Origin: Escherichia phage iGC_PHA_EC001 | Direction: 5' to 3' (one strand) | Length of the DNA: 64,000 nucleotides | Sequence record: OR437326.1 | Shown: positions 62,871-64,000 of the stretch, in pieces | Layout: each line of letters begins with the position of its first letter | Numbering within the stretch: the first letter of the stretch is position 1 | Notes under the pieces: generated by a model | Told to the model about the DNA's origin: nothing | The model's input: only the letters and a program-made list of their open reading frames with translations | Databases searched by the model: none | Program-made: the position numbers and the translations under genes

Positions 62871-63155
62871 ATGAGTAAAGCTAACACCGTGCTAATGTTT
62901 TCCCTGATTAATGATCCCGCTTACTTGTCCAACATGACGCAGGAGGGTAACACATTAACGGCAACATTCACCAATAAGCTTGACCGAGTGATCATCATCT
63001 CACTGAAAACAGTTAGTAAAGGCTTTTACTCGTTAGCTTATCATTGGATCACTGATACCGATGAGACAAGCCAGGACTATAGCGCCCCTTTCCCTGAATC
63101 AATGGCACGGGAGATCATCGCCGCCGTTGTAAATGATGGTTTGTTTACTGGATAA
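62871..63155 (+). CDS. Early hypothetical protein
   Basis: Start set at ATG 62871 after GAGGATG; the listed 62841 start would translate the cassette hairpin. Confidence 0.4.
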   Translation: MSKANTVLMFSLINDPAYLSNMTQEGNTLTATFTNKLDRVIIISLKTVSKGFYSLAYHWITDTDETSQDYSAPFPESMAREIIAAVVNDGLFTG

Positions 63156-63173
63156 AATAATTCAGAAAAAGGC

Positions 63174-63230
63174 TTGCAATCATTTTGGGATAATGTATAT
63201 TTAATGCATAGGGCGGCGGGAATAGTTCCC
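63174..63230 (+). promoter_or_regulatory. Early promoter plus 5' stem-loop cassette
   Basis: TTGCAA, spacer, TAATGT; hairpin GGCGGCGGGAA-tag-TTCCC. Confidence 0.45.
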
Positions 63231-63253
63231 AAAGCAAACGAGAGGATTACACG

Positions 63254-63373
63254 ATGAGCAAGTACACAGTAGAATACACGGTAGAGAATCCGGCAGTATC
63301 CGAAGGTAAAAAGATGACATTTGCCATCAGTATAATCGCTTTCGTTGTCACTATCTTATCAATCATCTTATAA
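63254..63373 (+). CDS. Possible 39-aa membrane peptide
   Basis: MSKYTVEYTVENPAVSEGKKMTFAISIIAFVVTILSIIL; GAGAGGA site. Confidence 0.3.
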   Translation: MSKYTVEYTVENPAVSEGKKMTFAISIIAFVVTILSIIL

Positions 63374-63383
63374 GGTGCACACC

Positions 63384-63545
63384 ATGAAAACAACAGATAT
63401 TATCAAAGAGATCGCCCTTGCCGCTGACGTTGAGATCGAGGAAGTGATCGCGCTCAATCTTACAGAAAACGATCTGCGCAACTATGAAGCGGAAAGCGTG
63501 AAAGCAAGTGGCGCGGTCCTGGCATATAATCCGGCTAACAAATAG
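63384..63545 (+). CDS. Early hypothetical acidic protein (53 aa)
   Basis: ATG 63384 directly after the previous stop; the listed ORF 63345 starts upstream in the same frame. Confidence 0.35.
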   Translation: MKTTDIIKEIALAADVEIEEVIALNLTENDLRNYEAESVKASGAVLAYNPANK

Positions 63546-63602
63546 TTTGACAAGCTGAATCAACCTGATAAGATGTATCACATAGGGGCGACAAGCGCCC
63601 CG
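63546..63602 (+). promoter_or_regulatory. Early promoter plus 5' stem-loop cassette
   Basis: TTGACA; TGaTAAGATGTATCACATAG box; hairpin GGGGCG-acaa-GCGCCCC. Confidence 0.55.
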
Positions 63603-63625
63603 CCTAACAGAAGAGAGAAAAAATC

Positions 63626-63904
63626 ATGACCATCGTTAAATTAACAACCGAAGAAATGAAAACAATGTTAACCACTAATTTACAAAATTGGAAAATTGGT
63701 GTTGACGTTGAAACAGTGTGCAAGTTGAACGACAAACTAACACCGGACGACATTGAAACGATCATCCGTGCAGATTTCTATGATGCTTTATACGATGATT
63801 CCACAGTCCTTGAAACGATGTTGGATAACGCTTGGATCAATCCCGATTTGGCGGCTTATGGTCATCTTGCCTTTGAAGCCATCCATAATGTTTATAATCG
63901 TTAA
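63626..63904 (+). CDS. Early hypothetical acidic protein
   Basis: 92-aa ORF after cassette. Confidence 0.4.
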   Translation: MTIVKLTTEEMKTMLTTNLQNWKIGVDVETVCKLNDKLTPDDIETIIRADFYDALYDDSTVLETMLDNAWINPDLAAYGHLAFEAIHNVYNR

Positions 63905-63914
63905 GGGGGATAAC

Positions 63915-64000
63915 ATGAATCCGAAAGATATGCAAGCATGGAAAGGGTACGACGATCTAAGCGCCTTGCGCAATAAGTCAAGCCGTAACCTTAGACGGTT
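63915..64000 (+). CDS. Hypothetical protein, 5' part (3' end outside window)
   Basis: ATG 63915 after GGGGGA; frame open to window end. Confidence 0.3.
   Translation, partial: MNPKDMQAWKGYDDLSALRNKSSRNLRR

Noticed and set aside
57440-63602. Repeated hairpin units considered as a CRISPR array
   Set aside because: Inter-repeat segments are 200-500 bp and protein-coding with their own ribosome-binding sites; repeats include promoter elements and are not uniform direct repeats.

Overview
This window reads as part of a large virulent tailed-phage genome (about 40% GC, densely packed genes, sigma70-type promoters and Shine-Dalgarno sites pointing to a Gram-negative, probably enterobacterial, host). 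Layout: (1) 1-13.4 kb, + strand, tail/baseplate module: baseplate J- and I-like proteins, tail fibre with assembly chaperone, a 1017-aa beta-helix tailspike, a collagen-repeat fibre and a Big_2/BspA-type LRR protein. (2) 13.5-50 kb, - strand, replication and nucleotide metabolism: SSB, family A DNA polymerase interrupted by a LAGLIDADG intein, adenine methyltransferase, T7-like primase-helicase, four glycosyltransferases, NrdD/NrdG, SF1 helicase, homing-endonuclease-like genes. (3) Embedded at 27.8-38.3 kb, the most unusual feature: a Ter-type module (TerD, TerF-like vWA, TelA-like, TerC) joined to a macro-domain/phosphoribosyltransferase/HAD-phosphatase operon. (4) 50-56.3 kb, + strand small genes ending in an AAA+ ATPase, a Cys-rich repeat protein and a NADAR-domain protein. 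(5) 56.3-57.1 kb, a noncoding region with iteron-like direct repeats and Fur-box-like palindromes. (6) 57.4-64 kb, about 20 small + strand early genes, each behind a stereotyped promoter plus 5' stem-loop cassette. No tRNA, rRNA or CRISPR array was found. All protein calls rest on motifs read by eye from the ORF translations; no database search was run.
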